64,000 nt of DNA from a virus (Duplodnaviria; Caudoviricetes): IMG/VR virus record IMGVR_UViG_3300033120_000231, positions 16,781 to 80,780 of that record; one strand, given 5' to 3'. The notes below the pieces were generated by a model, which was not told the origin of the DNA, did no database searches, and saw only the letters and a list, made by a program, of their open reading frames with translations. Below are positions 25,129 to 33,866 of this stretch, one piece after another (within the stretch, counting starts at the first letter, position 1; the number at the start of each line of letters is the position of its first letter). A program made the translations under genes and the position numbers.

Positions 25129-25506
25129 ATGAAAATCAAAAGTATTTTAGCAATTCTTAGCCTTGTTGTTCTTAGTGCTTGCAGTGATGCAGACGTAGCA
25201 TCAAGTATCATCTCAAAAGCAGCAGATAACTTTGAAGTTGCTCGTCGGGTTGTGTTCTACAATGGCATCACAGGTGAGTATATGCTTTCAATTGAAGGCT
25301 ACTGTAGTAAGGGTAACGATGACACTTCTCAGAAAGTAACCATCACTTGTAAAACTGGACTTAGTGAGTACAAGAAGCACTTCCTTGGGTTGTCTGACAA
25401 TGTAACGTATGTGATAGAGCAAGTAGAGCCATATAAAACAGGTACTTCACACTACATTGTGAACTTCAAGCCGTCTGTGATTATTCCTGATGTTCGTGTT
25501 CGTTAA
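25129..25506 (+). CDS. putative lipoprotein
   Basis: Lipobox LSAC; RRVVFYNGITG motif. Confidence 0.75.
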   Translation: MKIKSILAILSLVVLSACSDADVASSIISKAADNFEVARRVVFYNGITGEYMLSIEGYCSKGNDDTSQKVTITCKTGLSEYKKHFLGLSDNVTYVIEQVEPYKTGTSHYIVNFKPSVIIPDVRVR

Positions 25507-25521
25507 TATAAAGGATAAGAT

Positions 25522-25782
25522 ATGACTACAAATACCAAAAACATTGAAGCTCTTGTTGATGAGTATTGCTCAAGCGTTGGCTTCACAGAACTTTATAGGC
25601 TTCTCAAGAAGTTAGATCATGAAGACTTGGATGTACTTCGTGCTGTGATTGAAGAGTCCTATATCCAGGGCGAAGAGGACTCTAAAACAAACTTTGAAAT
25701 GGACTACCAAAAAGGATATGATGAGGGATATGACTTGGGGTACAAGGAAGGTTGGACTAATGGTTATAAGTATTGCACTTGA
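25522..25782 (+). CDS. hypothetical protein with GYxxG repeats
   Basis: KGYDEGYDLGYKEGWTNGY. Confidence 0.65.
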   Translation: MTTNTKNIEALVDEYCSSVGFTELYRLLKKLDHEDLDVLRAVIEESYIQGEEDSKTNFEMDYQKGYDEGYDLGYKEGWTNGYKYCT

Positions 25783-26301
25783 ATGAAACCTCCAATCTTT
25801 CAAAATTTTTGTAACCTTTTCATTTTTGTTTTCCTAATCTCAATTCCCTCTTTTATCTCTACTTATAGTGAAGATATCGGAGGTGTTTTTGTTTCAGAAC
25901 AACAGAAAGAACTTCGTTGTTTGGTCAACGGAGTCTATGCAGAAGCCCGTGGGGAACTAGAAGAAGGCATCCGAGCAGTAATGTCAGTTATTTACAACAG
26001 AAAGTTGCACAAAGACTATCCTGATTCATTTTGTGGAGTTATACTACAGCACAAGCAGTTCAGTGCTTTCAATAATAACAAAGAGTTAGCTACAAAGGTT
26101 TTAAAGCCCGTTGGGTCAAAAGATAAGCAAGCATACAACTTGGTATCGTATGTTGCCTACCAAGCGATCCTAGGTGGGTTTAAACCTGTTTTGGATAGGA
26201 ATGTGTTGTTTTATACCAAAACTAATGTAAGAAATGAGTGGACGAAACGGATGAAGGTGGTTATGATTGTGTCGAAGCATCAATTTTTAAAGGAGATTTA
26301 A
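25783..26301 (+). CDS. cell-wall hydrolase, SleB-like
   Basis: CLVNGVYAEARGE...AVMSVIYNR...YP...CGVI.Q..QFS; N-terminal hydrophobic anchor. Confidence 0.85.
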   Translation: MKPPIFQNFCNLFIFVFLISIPSFISTYSEDIGGVFVSEQQKELRCLVNGVYAEARGELEEGIRAVMSVIYNRKLHKDYPDSFCGVILQHKQFSAFNNNKELATKVLKPVGSKDKQAYNLVSYVAYQAILGGFKPVLDRNVLFYTKTNVRNEWTKRMKVVMIVSKHQFLKEI

Positions 26302-26952
26302 ATGAAAGAGAATAACGAAGCTATGAACGCTATGAGTAATACTGAATTCAAACCTGGAGATAAAGTCAAGTGTATTGATAATGGTGGGATGGAAGAGTAT
26401 CTGATGATTGATAATGTGTACACTGTTGGTACTCTGTCTAGTGATGGGTATCCTAGAATCAACTCAATATTCTGTAATCCAGATCGTTTTGAACTTATTG
26501 AAAAGGGTATAACTATGGAACAAACAAAGCAACCTATGCGTAAACTAGGTGAAAAGAAATTCAACCCCCAGCCAGGGGATAAGATCATCTGTAATAACGG
26601 TGAAGAGTTCCTTTGTTGTACTCTGGAGTTTCTTCAAGATAAGGTTTCACCGAAGATTAACACAAGTAAGCCTATTCTCGGCTATTCTTATATCACTGGG
26701 TGGCAAGGTTGGGATGCTTATGGTTATGCACCTAATAAGTATAGCATTAAGAAAGTAATTTCTAAGCAAGAAAATGAAATACAAAGTGCTACTCTTTATT
26801 CAGCAGAAGACATTCAAAAAGCCTGTATTGATAATCTTGGTTGGCATGAAGACACTATTAAATTACTCATGAAATCTTTGGAGAAAGTAACTCACCCTGA
26901 GTACATGGAGTACCTTCGGTTGAAGGATATGTTTGAAAGTGATAAGGAATAA
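26302..26952 (+). CDS. multi-module hypothetical protein
   Basis: FKPGDKVKC and PQPGDKIIC modules. Confidence 0.65.
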   Translation: MKENNEAMNAMSNTEFKPGDKVKCIDNGGMEEYLMIDNVYTVGTLSSDGYPRINSIFCNPDRFELIEKGITMEQTKQPMRKLGEKKFNPQPGDKIICNNGEEFLCCTLEFLQDKVSPKINTSKPILGYSYITGWQGWDAYGYAPNKYSIKKVISKQENEIQSATLYSAEDIQKACIDNLGWHEDTIKLLMKSLEKVTHPEYMEYLRLKDMFESDKE

Positions 26953-26961
26953 AAGGTTATT

Positions 26962-27276
26962 ATGAATAAAGAAGACTTTGAACTCCTATCCTTAGCAGCA
27001 AAGGCTGTCGGTATTAGAGTAATTTCAATACAACATGGAAAGATAAACGCTACTAGAGATGGAAAGAAAAACTTCCATTGGAATCCTCGTATAGATGCAG
27101 GTGATAACATGCGATTAGCTGTGGAGTTATCTCTTGATATTGAATATAGTGACTTGAATAAAGAAGTTTTTGTTTATGGAAAAACAGTAATAAATGAAGC
27201 GTATGGTGATAACAAAGTAGCTGCTACATGTCTTGCCGTATTACGTGCAGCTGCAGAAATCGGAAAGTTAATGTAA
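26962..27276 (+). CDS. conserved phage hypothetical protein (paralog of 33408..33743)
   Basis: ELLSLAAKA...WNP..DAGDNMRLAV. Confidence 0.7.
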   Translation: MNKEDFELLSLAAKAVGIRVISIQHGKINATRDGKKNFHWNPRIDAGDNMRLAVELSLDIEYSDLNKEVFVYGKTVINEAYGDNKVAATCLAVLRAAAEIGKLM

Positions 27277-27467
27277 TGAACAGACAAGAAATAATCACAC
27301 TAGCAGAATCTACAGGGCTTCTCTACCCATTAAAACCATCTTCATCGGACTATAGTAGCCCCGCTCACATGAGGTTGATTTCTAAGCTAGAGAAGTTTGC
27401 TCAGGATTGCTATAACAAAGGTTTTGATGATGGATCAGAATACACCCTCTCTAAGGAACGAGGGTAA
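27276..27467 (+). CDS. hypothetical protein
   Basis: TAATG coupling. Confidence 0.6.
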   Translation: MNRQEIITLAESTGLLYPLKPSSSDYSSPAHMRLISKLEKFAQDCYNKGFDDGSEYTLSKERG

Positions 27468-27556
27468 ATCCTAATTTTCTTGGAGCATTTTCTAAAAGTA
27501 TTTTGGATTTTAAAAGAGAGTATCTTTGCTACGAACGCTAATGAATAGGAGTTATT

Positions 27557-27667
27557 ATGATCTTTAGAGACGATGATCTTGGTTTTGACAAGTACGATGA
27601 GGTTGACGTGGATGAACTCTTGTACTTTGGTGGAAGAGGTGGGGGGAAAGGCAAAATTGCACTTTGA
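27557..27667 (+). CDS. small hypothetical protein (36 aa)
   Basis: AGGAG RBS; MIFRDDDLGF... Confidence 0.4.
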   Translation: MIFRDDDLGFDKYDEVDVDELLYFGGRGGGKGKIAL

Positions 27668-27932
27668 AACCCAAACAAAGCATTATTACTTTCCTTACGG
27701 AAATGAACAGGAGTTGATTACTCATGTTGAATGTTTGTATAGAGTCACCTACGGCACATTCAGTCCAACAGAGGATTCTGACTGGGACTATCTTGGATAC
27801 ACCGATCTTATGTCATGGAATGTACTGTCAGTAGAAAACAACGAAGGAGATGAGGTTGATCCTGAAAAGGTGTTGACACCAGAGCAATTTTTGGAGTATA
27901 GTCAAGGCTTATCAGACTTTATAGGAGATTAA
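27573..27932 (+). CDS. hypothetical protein (acidic; start uncertain, possibly TTG near 27657)
   Basis: ORF track. Confidence 0.55.
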   Translation: MILVLTSTMRLTWMNSCTLVEEVGGKAKLHFETQTKHYYFPYGNEQELITHVECLYRVTYGTFSPTEDSDWDYLGYTDLMSWNVLSVENNEGDEVDPEKVLTPEQFLEYSQGLSDFIGD

Positions 27933-27934
27933 AC

Positions 27935-28138
27935 ATGAATATCCACGAACTGCAATCAGAACGTGACGCTTTGCAGATAAGATTACGGAGTATTATTCAG
28001 AATGAATTAAATAAGTTCACAGAGCTTACTAATGTTGGAGTAAAATCAACCTATATTGATACTGTAAGCTACAGAAATATTGGTGATAAAATGTCTACTT
28101 ATATTGTACATGCAGTAAATGTAGATTTGGATTTGTAA
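27935..28138 (+). CDS. hypothetical protein
   Basis: AGGAG RBS. Confidence 0.65.
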   Translation: MNIHELQSERDALQIRLRSIIQNELNKFTELTNVGVKSTYIDTVSYRNIGDKMSTYIVHAVNVDLDL

Positions 28139-28154
28139 CTTATATTTAGGAGGG

Positions 28155-28454
28155 TTGATAATGACTAAACAAATTACGCCAGAAATAATTGAACGGGCTA
28201 TTGAGTTTCTTGTCAAAGACGTGTATTGTTGCCATGCTTTAGCTTCAGCTTTAGGTGGTTGGACTGATAATGATTGGGAACTAGTTGAAGAATTAGTTGA
28301 AAGTTTTATGTATCCACTATTGGAAAGGGATAACATATCAAAAGATGGTTATTGGACATATGCTGTTAGTGATGTGCATGCTCAAGCTTTTCCAATACAG
28401 CGAAGAGATTGGCTTCGTAAGATTGCTCAAGAACTTCGTGAAGGTAAGATTTAG
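28155..28454 (+). CDS. hypothetical protein
   Basis: AGGAGG RBS. Confidence 0.65.
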   Translation: MIMTKQITPEIIERAIEFLVKDVYCCHALASALGGWTDNDWELVEELVESFMYPLLERDNISKDGYWTYAVSDVHAQAFPIQRRDWLRKIAQELREGKI

Positions 28455-28457
28455 TAT

Positions 28458-28510
28458 AACCCCTTAATTTATTTCTATTAACTTGGAAGTAATTAAGGGG
28501 TTTCTTTTTG
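28458..28510 (+). terminator. long-stem rho-independent terminator
   Basis: AACCCCTTAATT...AATTAAGGGGTT + TCTTTTTG. Confidence 0.75.
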
Positions 28511-28702
28511 TTCTTAAAAATCTATACATGTCTAATTTAAAATATTTGGTTATAGATTGAAAACACAAAACCTCACACCATCATATTAATTAAAATGGTT
28601 TACCTTGTCTAAATTTCAAAAATCTACACACCTTAAATTTTGGAAAAATCTTACGGGGGTGCTAGGAAATAAATGGTAGATAAGCAGAATTTCCTCGATT
28701 TC

Positions 28703-28740
28703 TGTTGCTTTTTCACCACAAGTGTCGTTTTTCTACAACA
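28703..28740. promoter_or_regulatory. two tandem 18-bp operator-like dyads (20-bp period)
   Basis: TGTTGC-TTTTTC-ACCACA and TGTCGT-TTTTCT-ACAACA. Confidence 0.55.
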
Positions 28741-28799
28741 TTGGTAGGGTTTACCCTGATTTTGTATTGGTCATCCTAGAGCAAAGACACATAGACGCA

Positions 28800-28884
28800 T
28801 TAGAACGGCCCAGGCTAAGCGAACAGGACCAGGGTGATACGGGTATGGCTTGGAGGGTCAATCGTTGATCCTAGGTCGTTTAAA
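28800..28884. repeat. dyad intergenic element E3
   Basis: TTAGAACGGCCCAGG / CCTAGGTCGTTTAAA; central GGTGATAC. Confidence 0.55.
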
Positions 28885-28924
28885 TCAATGCATTGAAAGT
28901 TAGAACTATTTTTGAATTTAGGAG

Positions 28925-28951
28925 TTGACAAAGTGAAAACTATGCTAGAAT
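28925..28951 (+). promoter_or_regulatory. early-type promoter (extended -10)
   Basis: TTGACA-15-TAGAAT with TGc; TATGCTAGAATTCT recurs at 29311. Confidence 0.65.
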
Positions 28952-28984
28952 TCTCTACACCGTCAACCAGTAGGACAAAGCACC

Positions 28985-29209
28985 ATGAAACAATATAACG
29001 TCACAATTGAAACCCGTCAACGTGGGGCTATTGGTGTTTTTCAACAAACATCGTTTAATGTTAACATGTATCAATCTAGTTTCTCAGATACTGACATTTT
29101 TAGGGATGCTCTTACACGTGCCCATGCTATGGGCTTGGAAACTCGTTTTCCTATTCGCTTAAATTTAGAGTATGACACACTAAACGAAAGCACTAACTTT
29201 CAAGGATAA
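28985..29209 (+). CDS. hypothetical protein (early block)
   Basis: First ORF after the promoter. Confidence 0.65.
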   Translation: MKQYNVTIETRQRGAIGVFQQTSFNVNMYQSSFSDTDIFRDALTRAHAMGLETRFPIRLNLEYDTLNESTNFQG

Positions 29210-29214
29210 ACATC

Positions 29215-29298
29215 ATGGAAAACAACAAACGTACAAATCAGGGTAAACCATCCCGTGACAGGAAACAAGCACGGGAAAATAAACGCTTTCAAGGGTAA
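29215..29298 (+). CDS. 27-aa basic peptide
   Basis: AAGGA RBS; MENNKRTNQGKPSRDRKQARENKRFQG. Confidence 0.45.
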   Translation: MENNKRTNQGKPSRDRKQARENKRFQG

Positions 29299-29351
29299 GC
29301 ATACGAAAAGTATGCTAGAATTCTAGGCATCGAAACAATTAAAGGTTTAAC

Positions 29352-29648
29352 ATGAAGATTATTACAAACAATCAACCGCGTGACATTCTCACATGGTTTG
29401 ATTTGACACCAGCAGAACAAGAATACTTTGACTACATGAATGAAGGAGAGGGTTCATTTTTTCGGTACAAAAACTGTGCATATGACCTGGGGGAATTCAT
29501 GAGAATTGATAAGGTAATTGCACCACATCCACAGCGTGAAACATGGGAAAATTGGGATGGTTACTCTTCGGATAGTTATTTCTCTGGTGTTTTGGTGCGT
29601 TACACTGTAAATTGTGATTCAGTCATTATTGGTCGTTATTATTCATAA
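29352..29648 (+). CDS. hypothetical protein (early block)
   Basis: W..WDGYSSDSYFSGVLV motif. Confidence 0.7.
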   Translation: MKIITNNQPRDILTWFDLTPAEQEYFDYMNEGEGSFFRYKNCAYDLGEFMRIDKVIAPHPQRETWENWDGYSSDSYFSGVLVRYTVNCDSVIIGRYYS

Positions 29649-29660
29649 GGAGTTATCACT

Positions 29661-29924
29661 ATGTCGCAGATTTATCGTTCTTTCAATGGTACAGCACGCG
29701 AGTTCATCCAAGCGGGTGTAACCGTCAATTCAAAAAAGATCAATCAACCGGGGTTGTCTCTTATGGCACAATATGGCGTTGCTAAAATTGTCGGGGAAGT
29801 GCCACGGCCTGAAGGTAAACGGGGACACCCTGAAAAGGTTTACTTACTTGTAGGTAATTCAGGATTACGTGTGGAATGGGCTACTTTGGAAGAAAAACAT
29901 CAAGAAGTATTTACAGTAGCTTGA
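29661..29924 (+). CDS. hypothetical protein (early block)
   Basis: AAGGAG RBS. Confidence 0.7.
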   Translation: MSQIYRSFNGTAREFIQAGVTVNSKKINQPGLSLMAQYGVAKIVGEVPRPEGKRGHPEKVYLLVGNSGLRVEWATLEEKHQEVFTVA

Positions 29925-30011
29925 AATGTTTTTCCATTGGGTTCTGATTTTATGTTAGAATCCCTTGGAAAGAGAATTTTCTTAACCCGCTAACCTACTG
30001 GAGATAGCACC

Positions 30012-30494
30012 ATGTCAAATGTATTCAAGAACCCGGCTTTTTATCGCAATTCTGAAGGGGCAGTTTATGAGTCATATAATGGCGAACCCTTCCAACCTAC
30101 TGACACAAAGTTGACTAAAAAAGAAGGTGCAAAAGGTGTTCAAGATGATGCTAAGAAGTATCTGAGAAGCTTGCTCAAGCCAGGATCAACGGTCTATACC
30201 ATCCTTAATCATCGTTCAGCGTCTGGGATGTCTCGGTCAATTTCCCTCTGCATTGCTGACAAAAAGGGTGAAATTATTAAGCTGGATTACTGGGTGGCGA
30301 AAGCCAAGGGGGAACATATCGATGATAAGCATGGCGGTTTGAAGGTGGGTGGCTATGGAATGGATATGGGGTTCCACCTTGTGTATAACCTTGGCTCTAT
30401 GCTGTGGCCTAATGGGACAAGTAAACCGCATGGCTCACGTAATGGCAAGCCTGATAATGACGGAGGGTATGCACTTAAACATCAATGGCTTTGA
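30012..30494 (+). CDS. conserved phage hypothetical protein (early block)
   Basis: YTILNHRSASGMSRSI...GGYGMDMGFHLVYNL motif. Confidence 0.75.
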   Translation: MSNVFKNPAFYRNSEGAVYESYNGEPFQPTDTKLTKKEGAKGVQDDAKKYLRSLLKPGSTVYTILNHRSASGMSRSISLCIADKKGEIIKLDYWVAKAKGEHIDDKHGGLKVGGYGMDMGFHLVYNLGSMLWPNGTSKPHGSRNGKPDNDGGYALKHQWL

Positions 30495-30524
30495 TTTAAC
30501 ACTTGACTATTTGGAGTAATTACT

Positions 30525-30899
30525 ATGCCTAAAACAAAGTTTCCACAGTTTGATTCATACGCAATTGCAGGTGATTCGATCACATGGGAAAAAGAAGGGT
30601 TTGATATCACAGCTACTCTTCACGCTGACACTGACACACACGTTAATGATTTTGAATGCTATTCACAGATTAAAATCAAACAATGGAAGAATGATGAATG
30701 GTTCTTTGTAGGTGTTGTTTTATCAGTATCAAAGAATGCTGTATTGATTGATGACCATGCCGCTAGTTTATGGGGGATTGACTGCAACTACAATAAACGC
30801 TCAAATCGTTATTTATCTGAAGTGGCTCAGGAACTGGAAAGCGAAGCTATCGAAACAGCAAATAAACGCATTGAAGTTATGCTGAAGGCGTTATCATGA
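30525..30899 (+). CDS. hypothetical protein (early block)
   Basis: W.NDEWFFVGV...SLWGID motif. Confidence 0.7.
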   Translation: MPKTKFPQFDSYAIAGDSITWEKEGFDITATLHADTDTHVNDFECYSQIKIKQWKNDEWFFVGVVLSVSKNAVLIDDHAASLWGIDCNYNKRSNRYLSEVAQELESEAIETANKRIEVMLKALS

Positions 30900-31021
30900 T
30901 TGATCAACTCAGAAAGCGCTTATTTGTTGCTTTGATTGTCTTTGGGTGCTTGAGCTATGCTATAATACTGGCATTTTCACCATTGGGATTGATTGTGTGG
31001 TTTTTGACAAGGAGTCATTAA
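30896..31021 (+). CDS. 41-aa membrane peptide
   Basis: ATGA overlap; hydrophobic LFVALIVFGCLSYAIILAFSPLGLIVWFL. Confidence 0.55.
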   Translation: MIDQLRKRLFVALIVFGCLSYAIILAFSPLGLIVWFLTRSH

Positions 31022-31022
31022 A

Positions 31023-31304
31023 ATGACTAACATCATTAAAAACGGTCAGATTATCCGCACTTCACACAATCTGAGAGCCATGTTAGATTATGCTACTATG
31101 TCAGCAGTAAAAAGAATAGAATCCATTGACCTACCCGACGAAGGTAATGGTTTAAGGGGTACAGTAAGAGTAATCTATTCTGATGGTGCAGAATCAAGAG
31201 CTATCTTTGAAAGATACCATATCATGATTGACTGGATACGAAAACGCAGGAGCTGGAAAGGTGCACAGCATGTTATGCAAGGGCCAGACATAGGTTTTAA
31301 TTAG
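31023..31304 (+). CDS. hypothetical protein
   Basis: AAGGAG RBS. Confidence 0.7.
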   Translation: MTNIIKNGQIIRTSHNLRAMLDYATMSAVKRIESIDLPDEGNGLRGTVRVIYSDGAESRAIFERYHIMIDWIRKRRSWKGAQHVMQGPDIGFN

Positions 31305-31318
31305 TAGGAGAATATATA

Positions 31319-31558
31319 ATGAAAGTTTTTGATGAAATTAATAAGTTTGCAACTGAAGAAGATAAACCTATTCTAATTTGGTTGTTTAATCGCTATCATT
31401 GGGCTTCACAATGGCAGTTTGTCGCATCTTGTAAGTTTGTGAAATATGGCACTCTAAGTTATCAATCCAATAGGGTTTGGTATCCCACCCCAGAAGGGCG
31501 TACGTTGTTCAATCATTTTGATAATGATCATTCAACACCCCCCGAAGATGTTATTTAA
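31319..31558 (+). CDS. hypothetical protein
   Basis: AGGAG RBS. Confidence 0.65.
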   Translation: MKVFDEINKFATEEDKPILIWLFNRYHWASQWQFVASCKFVKYGTLSYQSNRVWYPTPEGRTLFNHFDNDHSTPPEDVI

Positions 31559-31570
31559 TAAGGGTTTAAT

Positions 31571-31786
31571 ATGCTTATCGTTCGTAAAAATGAAATATAT
31601 CATCAAGAATATCATGTATGCAAATATAACCGTCAAGGTGAATACCTGGGCGCTGTAGCTGGCATGGGAAATAATAGGGGAACTTGGGATACAGCAGCTA
31701 AGAGCATACGCACTGCCCAACGGTGGGCTAAGCTCTGCAGGCAGGATAATCCTGAGAATAAATATAGGGTTAAGGCTATGTATTAG
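31571..31786 (+). CDS. hypothetical protein
   Basis: ORF in operon context. Confidence 0.6.
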   Translation: MLIVRKNEIYHQEYHVCKYNRQGEYLGAVAGMGNNRGTWDTAAKSIRTAQRWAKLCRQDNPENKYRVKAMY

Positions 31787-31840
31787 TAATCTTAAAGTAT
31801 GCTACAATGCAGACATCATAAACACATTGGAGTAATCAAC

Positions 31841-32002
31841 ATGTACACTAAATTTGAATCAGGGCATGCCTATGCCAGACGCAATGGATATAAGGGTACA
31901 TACGAAGAGTATATAAAGCTTCATATTGAAGCTTATCGCACTATATGCAAGAGGTGCAGCATCAAGCCGCTGATGAAGGATCAATGGTTTATACTGCAAT
32001 AA
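31841..32002 (+). CDS. hypothetical protein
   Basis: GGAG RBS; MYTKFESG... Confidence 0.6.
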   Translation: MYTKFESGHAYARRNGYKGTYEEYIKLHIEAYRTICKRCSIKPLMKDQWFILQ

Positions 32003-32019
32003 GTAGCACCAAATAACAA

Positions 32020-32049
32020 GCCCAGACTAACCATCCGGGTTTTCTTTTA
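32020..32049 (+). terminator. rho-independent terminator closing the early block
   Basis: GCCCAGA-CTAACCA-TCCGGGT (one mismatch) + TTTCTTTT. Confidence 0.6.
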
Positions 32050-32512
32050 TGTGCATTATAGGTTTTAACTATTGGGCAGTGCTATTCATAGAGTTTGACA
32101 ATCGAAAATGGTAGGCCTATTGTTTCCCCCATTTCACCACAATTTCACCCTCGATTCATCAATCCTATAATACCAATCAATCCATACATTTCAACACCAG
32201 ATAACCACTGTACAACATGTTGCATGGTACTTTATACAACGGTTATTATGTTAATAGGACACGTAAACCATAGCAGAAAACAGCATGAATAGGGATTCTA
32301 CATACGATAACGAGTATATGAAGGGTATTATTCACTGATCGATATTTTGTAATCGTATCGGAAATGATAGCATGGCTGGTTCCGGTCGATCAAGTACCCC
32401 TGCCTATCTGCGGTGATATTTATCCCTGATCTTTACACCACAAAAAGAACTATGCAGTAACAATAAATTTTATAAAATAGTATTATGCAATAACAAACTA
32501 AAAAGACCCTCA

Positions 32513-32604
32513 ATAGAGGGCCTATAAGCTCTTCAGAGCGATTTAAATCTAAAGGTGATACCAAGGTGTTGTCTAAGCGTTTTAAACGGTTATAGAGCCT
32601 TTAA
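32513..32604. repeat. dyad intergenic element E4
   Basis: AGAGGGCCTATA / TATAGAGCCTTT; central GGTGATAC. Confidence 0.55.
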
Positions 32605-32632
32605 TCAATCTTACGATATTTACCTTCTGCAC

Positions 32633-32659
32633 AAACAAAAAGAGCACCCGAAGGTGCTC
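32633..32659 (-). terminator. rho-independent terminator
   Basis: GAGCACC-TTCG-GGTGCTC + TTTTTGTTT on the minus strand. Confidence 0.85.
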
Positions 32660-32712
32660 ATGTTGAAATTTTAGATTTTATAAGAGGGGTGTTATCAACA
32701 GCGCTTTCTTGC

Positions 32713-33411
32713 TTATACCTTGAACAGTTTCTCTACTGCATTATGCGTAGATTCTTTACGAGTAGAACTGAAGTTAGTCTTTATTTCCCCTTGCCATACT
32801 AACTCAAAATCATCTGGTGCATTATACTCAGACACAAATACAATGTTTCCTTTGGACTTCATGCACCTGCACCACTGAAAGAATTCCTCATGGTTAAAAG
32901 CACCAGTCTTATAACCAGTAGTTCCTTGATATGGAGGGTCACAGTAGATTAGACTATTCTCTGCTTTAATACTACTATAACTTGCACAAATAAATTCAAC
33001 TGATTGAATCTTTGGTGATTGCTTTAGTGCTAAGTTCTTACCACACAGTGCATAGTTTGTTCCTTGATTATTTCTTGCAAAACCGTTCTCAAATTTTGCA
33101 CCAAAACTGCACTCATACCTAACCCAACTTGTAATGGGGTGTGGAGGTGTCTTCTTAATTTCTTTATAATAATCTTCTGTTACTATAGTGGGAAGTTCCT
33201 CTACAAAATCACGAACACCAAGCATTGCTGCAATAGTGTGTTCATTTAAATCATAACCAACTCTAGTAAACCTCTCAGGTACTTTATCTATTAGATTAGC
33301 ACCCCCAACAAAAGGTTCAACCCAAGTTGTAATCCCTTGTTTATCTGCTTCTTCAAGCATAATTGGTAGAATATGCTTTGCTATTCTGTTCTTACTGCCC
33401 ATGTATTTCAT
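32713..33411 (-). CDS. DNA adenine methyltransferase (D12/Dam-like)
   Basis: KYMGSK...EPFVGG...YCDPPY. Confidence 0.9.
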   Translation of the reverse strand: MKYMGSKNRIAKHILPIMLEEADKQGITTWVEPFVGGANLIDKVPERFTRVGYDLNEHTIAAMLGVRDFVEELPTIVTEDYYKEIKKTPPHPITSWVRYECSFGAKFENGFARNNQGTNYALCGKNLALKQSPKIQSVEFICASYSSIKAENSLIYCDPPYQGTTGYKTGAFNHEEFFQWCRCMKSKGNIVFVSEYNAPDDFELVWQGEIKTNFSSTRKESTHNAVEKLFKV

Positions 33412-33743
33412 TTCTTCTCCTTCAATTTAACTACTGCTTGCACAATTGCTCTACGAGTAAGTTCTAAACGAGTAAACTCTCCATTTGAAACTTCTGTATG
33501 GATGTGATCATCTACTATTTTAATTTCAACAGAGTACTCCCATTGCACAATAGTAAAGCAAGCAACTACAGCAAGTCTAAGTGCATCTCCATCATCATAC
33601 AGTGGATTCCAATAACGAACAAACTCATGGTTAAGGTCTACTAGACTCATACCCTTACTTCTATCAATAGTCCACCCTTCAATATGTAAAGATGCATAAC
33701 CTATTACCTTAGATGCTGCCTCTAATAATTCATAATCATCCAT
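33408..33743 (-). CDS. conserved phage hypothetical protein (paralog of 26962..27276)
   Basis: ELLEAASK...WNPLYDDGDALRLAV. Confidence 0.7.
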   Translation of the reverse strand: MDDYELLEAASKVIGYASLHIEGWTIDRSKGMSLVDLNHEFVRYWNPLYDDGDALRLAVVACFTIVQWEYSVEIKIVDDHIHTEVSNGEFTRLELTRRAIVQAVVKLKEKK

Positions 33744-33827
33744 AAGTTTTCCTTTCTTTAGTTAAGTTTAGTAATCTTACCAGAAATCTCTTGTAGATTA
33801 GCAAGCATACCTGCAGAGCGGCCACAA

Positions 33828-33866
33828 CGCCTGACGGCCTTCGGTCAGCAGGGCTGCCCTCAGCGT
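33828..33866. repeat. 39-nt GC-rich hairpin element, copy 2
   Basis: 35/39 identical to 21865..21903, same orientation. Confidence 0.85.

Noticed and set aside
27557-27667. LLYFGGRGGGKGK looks like a terminase Walker A
   Set aside because: 36-aa ORF over a G-run with no other terminase features; the true terL is at 41759.
32402-32418. TATCACCGCAGATAGGC on the minus strand matches lambda operator OL3 at 14/17 positions (recalled sequence)
   Set aside because: Single site, no CI/Cro-like gene or paired operators nearby; a chance match is plausible given how many motifs were considered.
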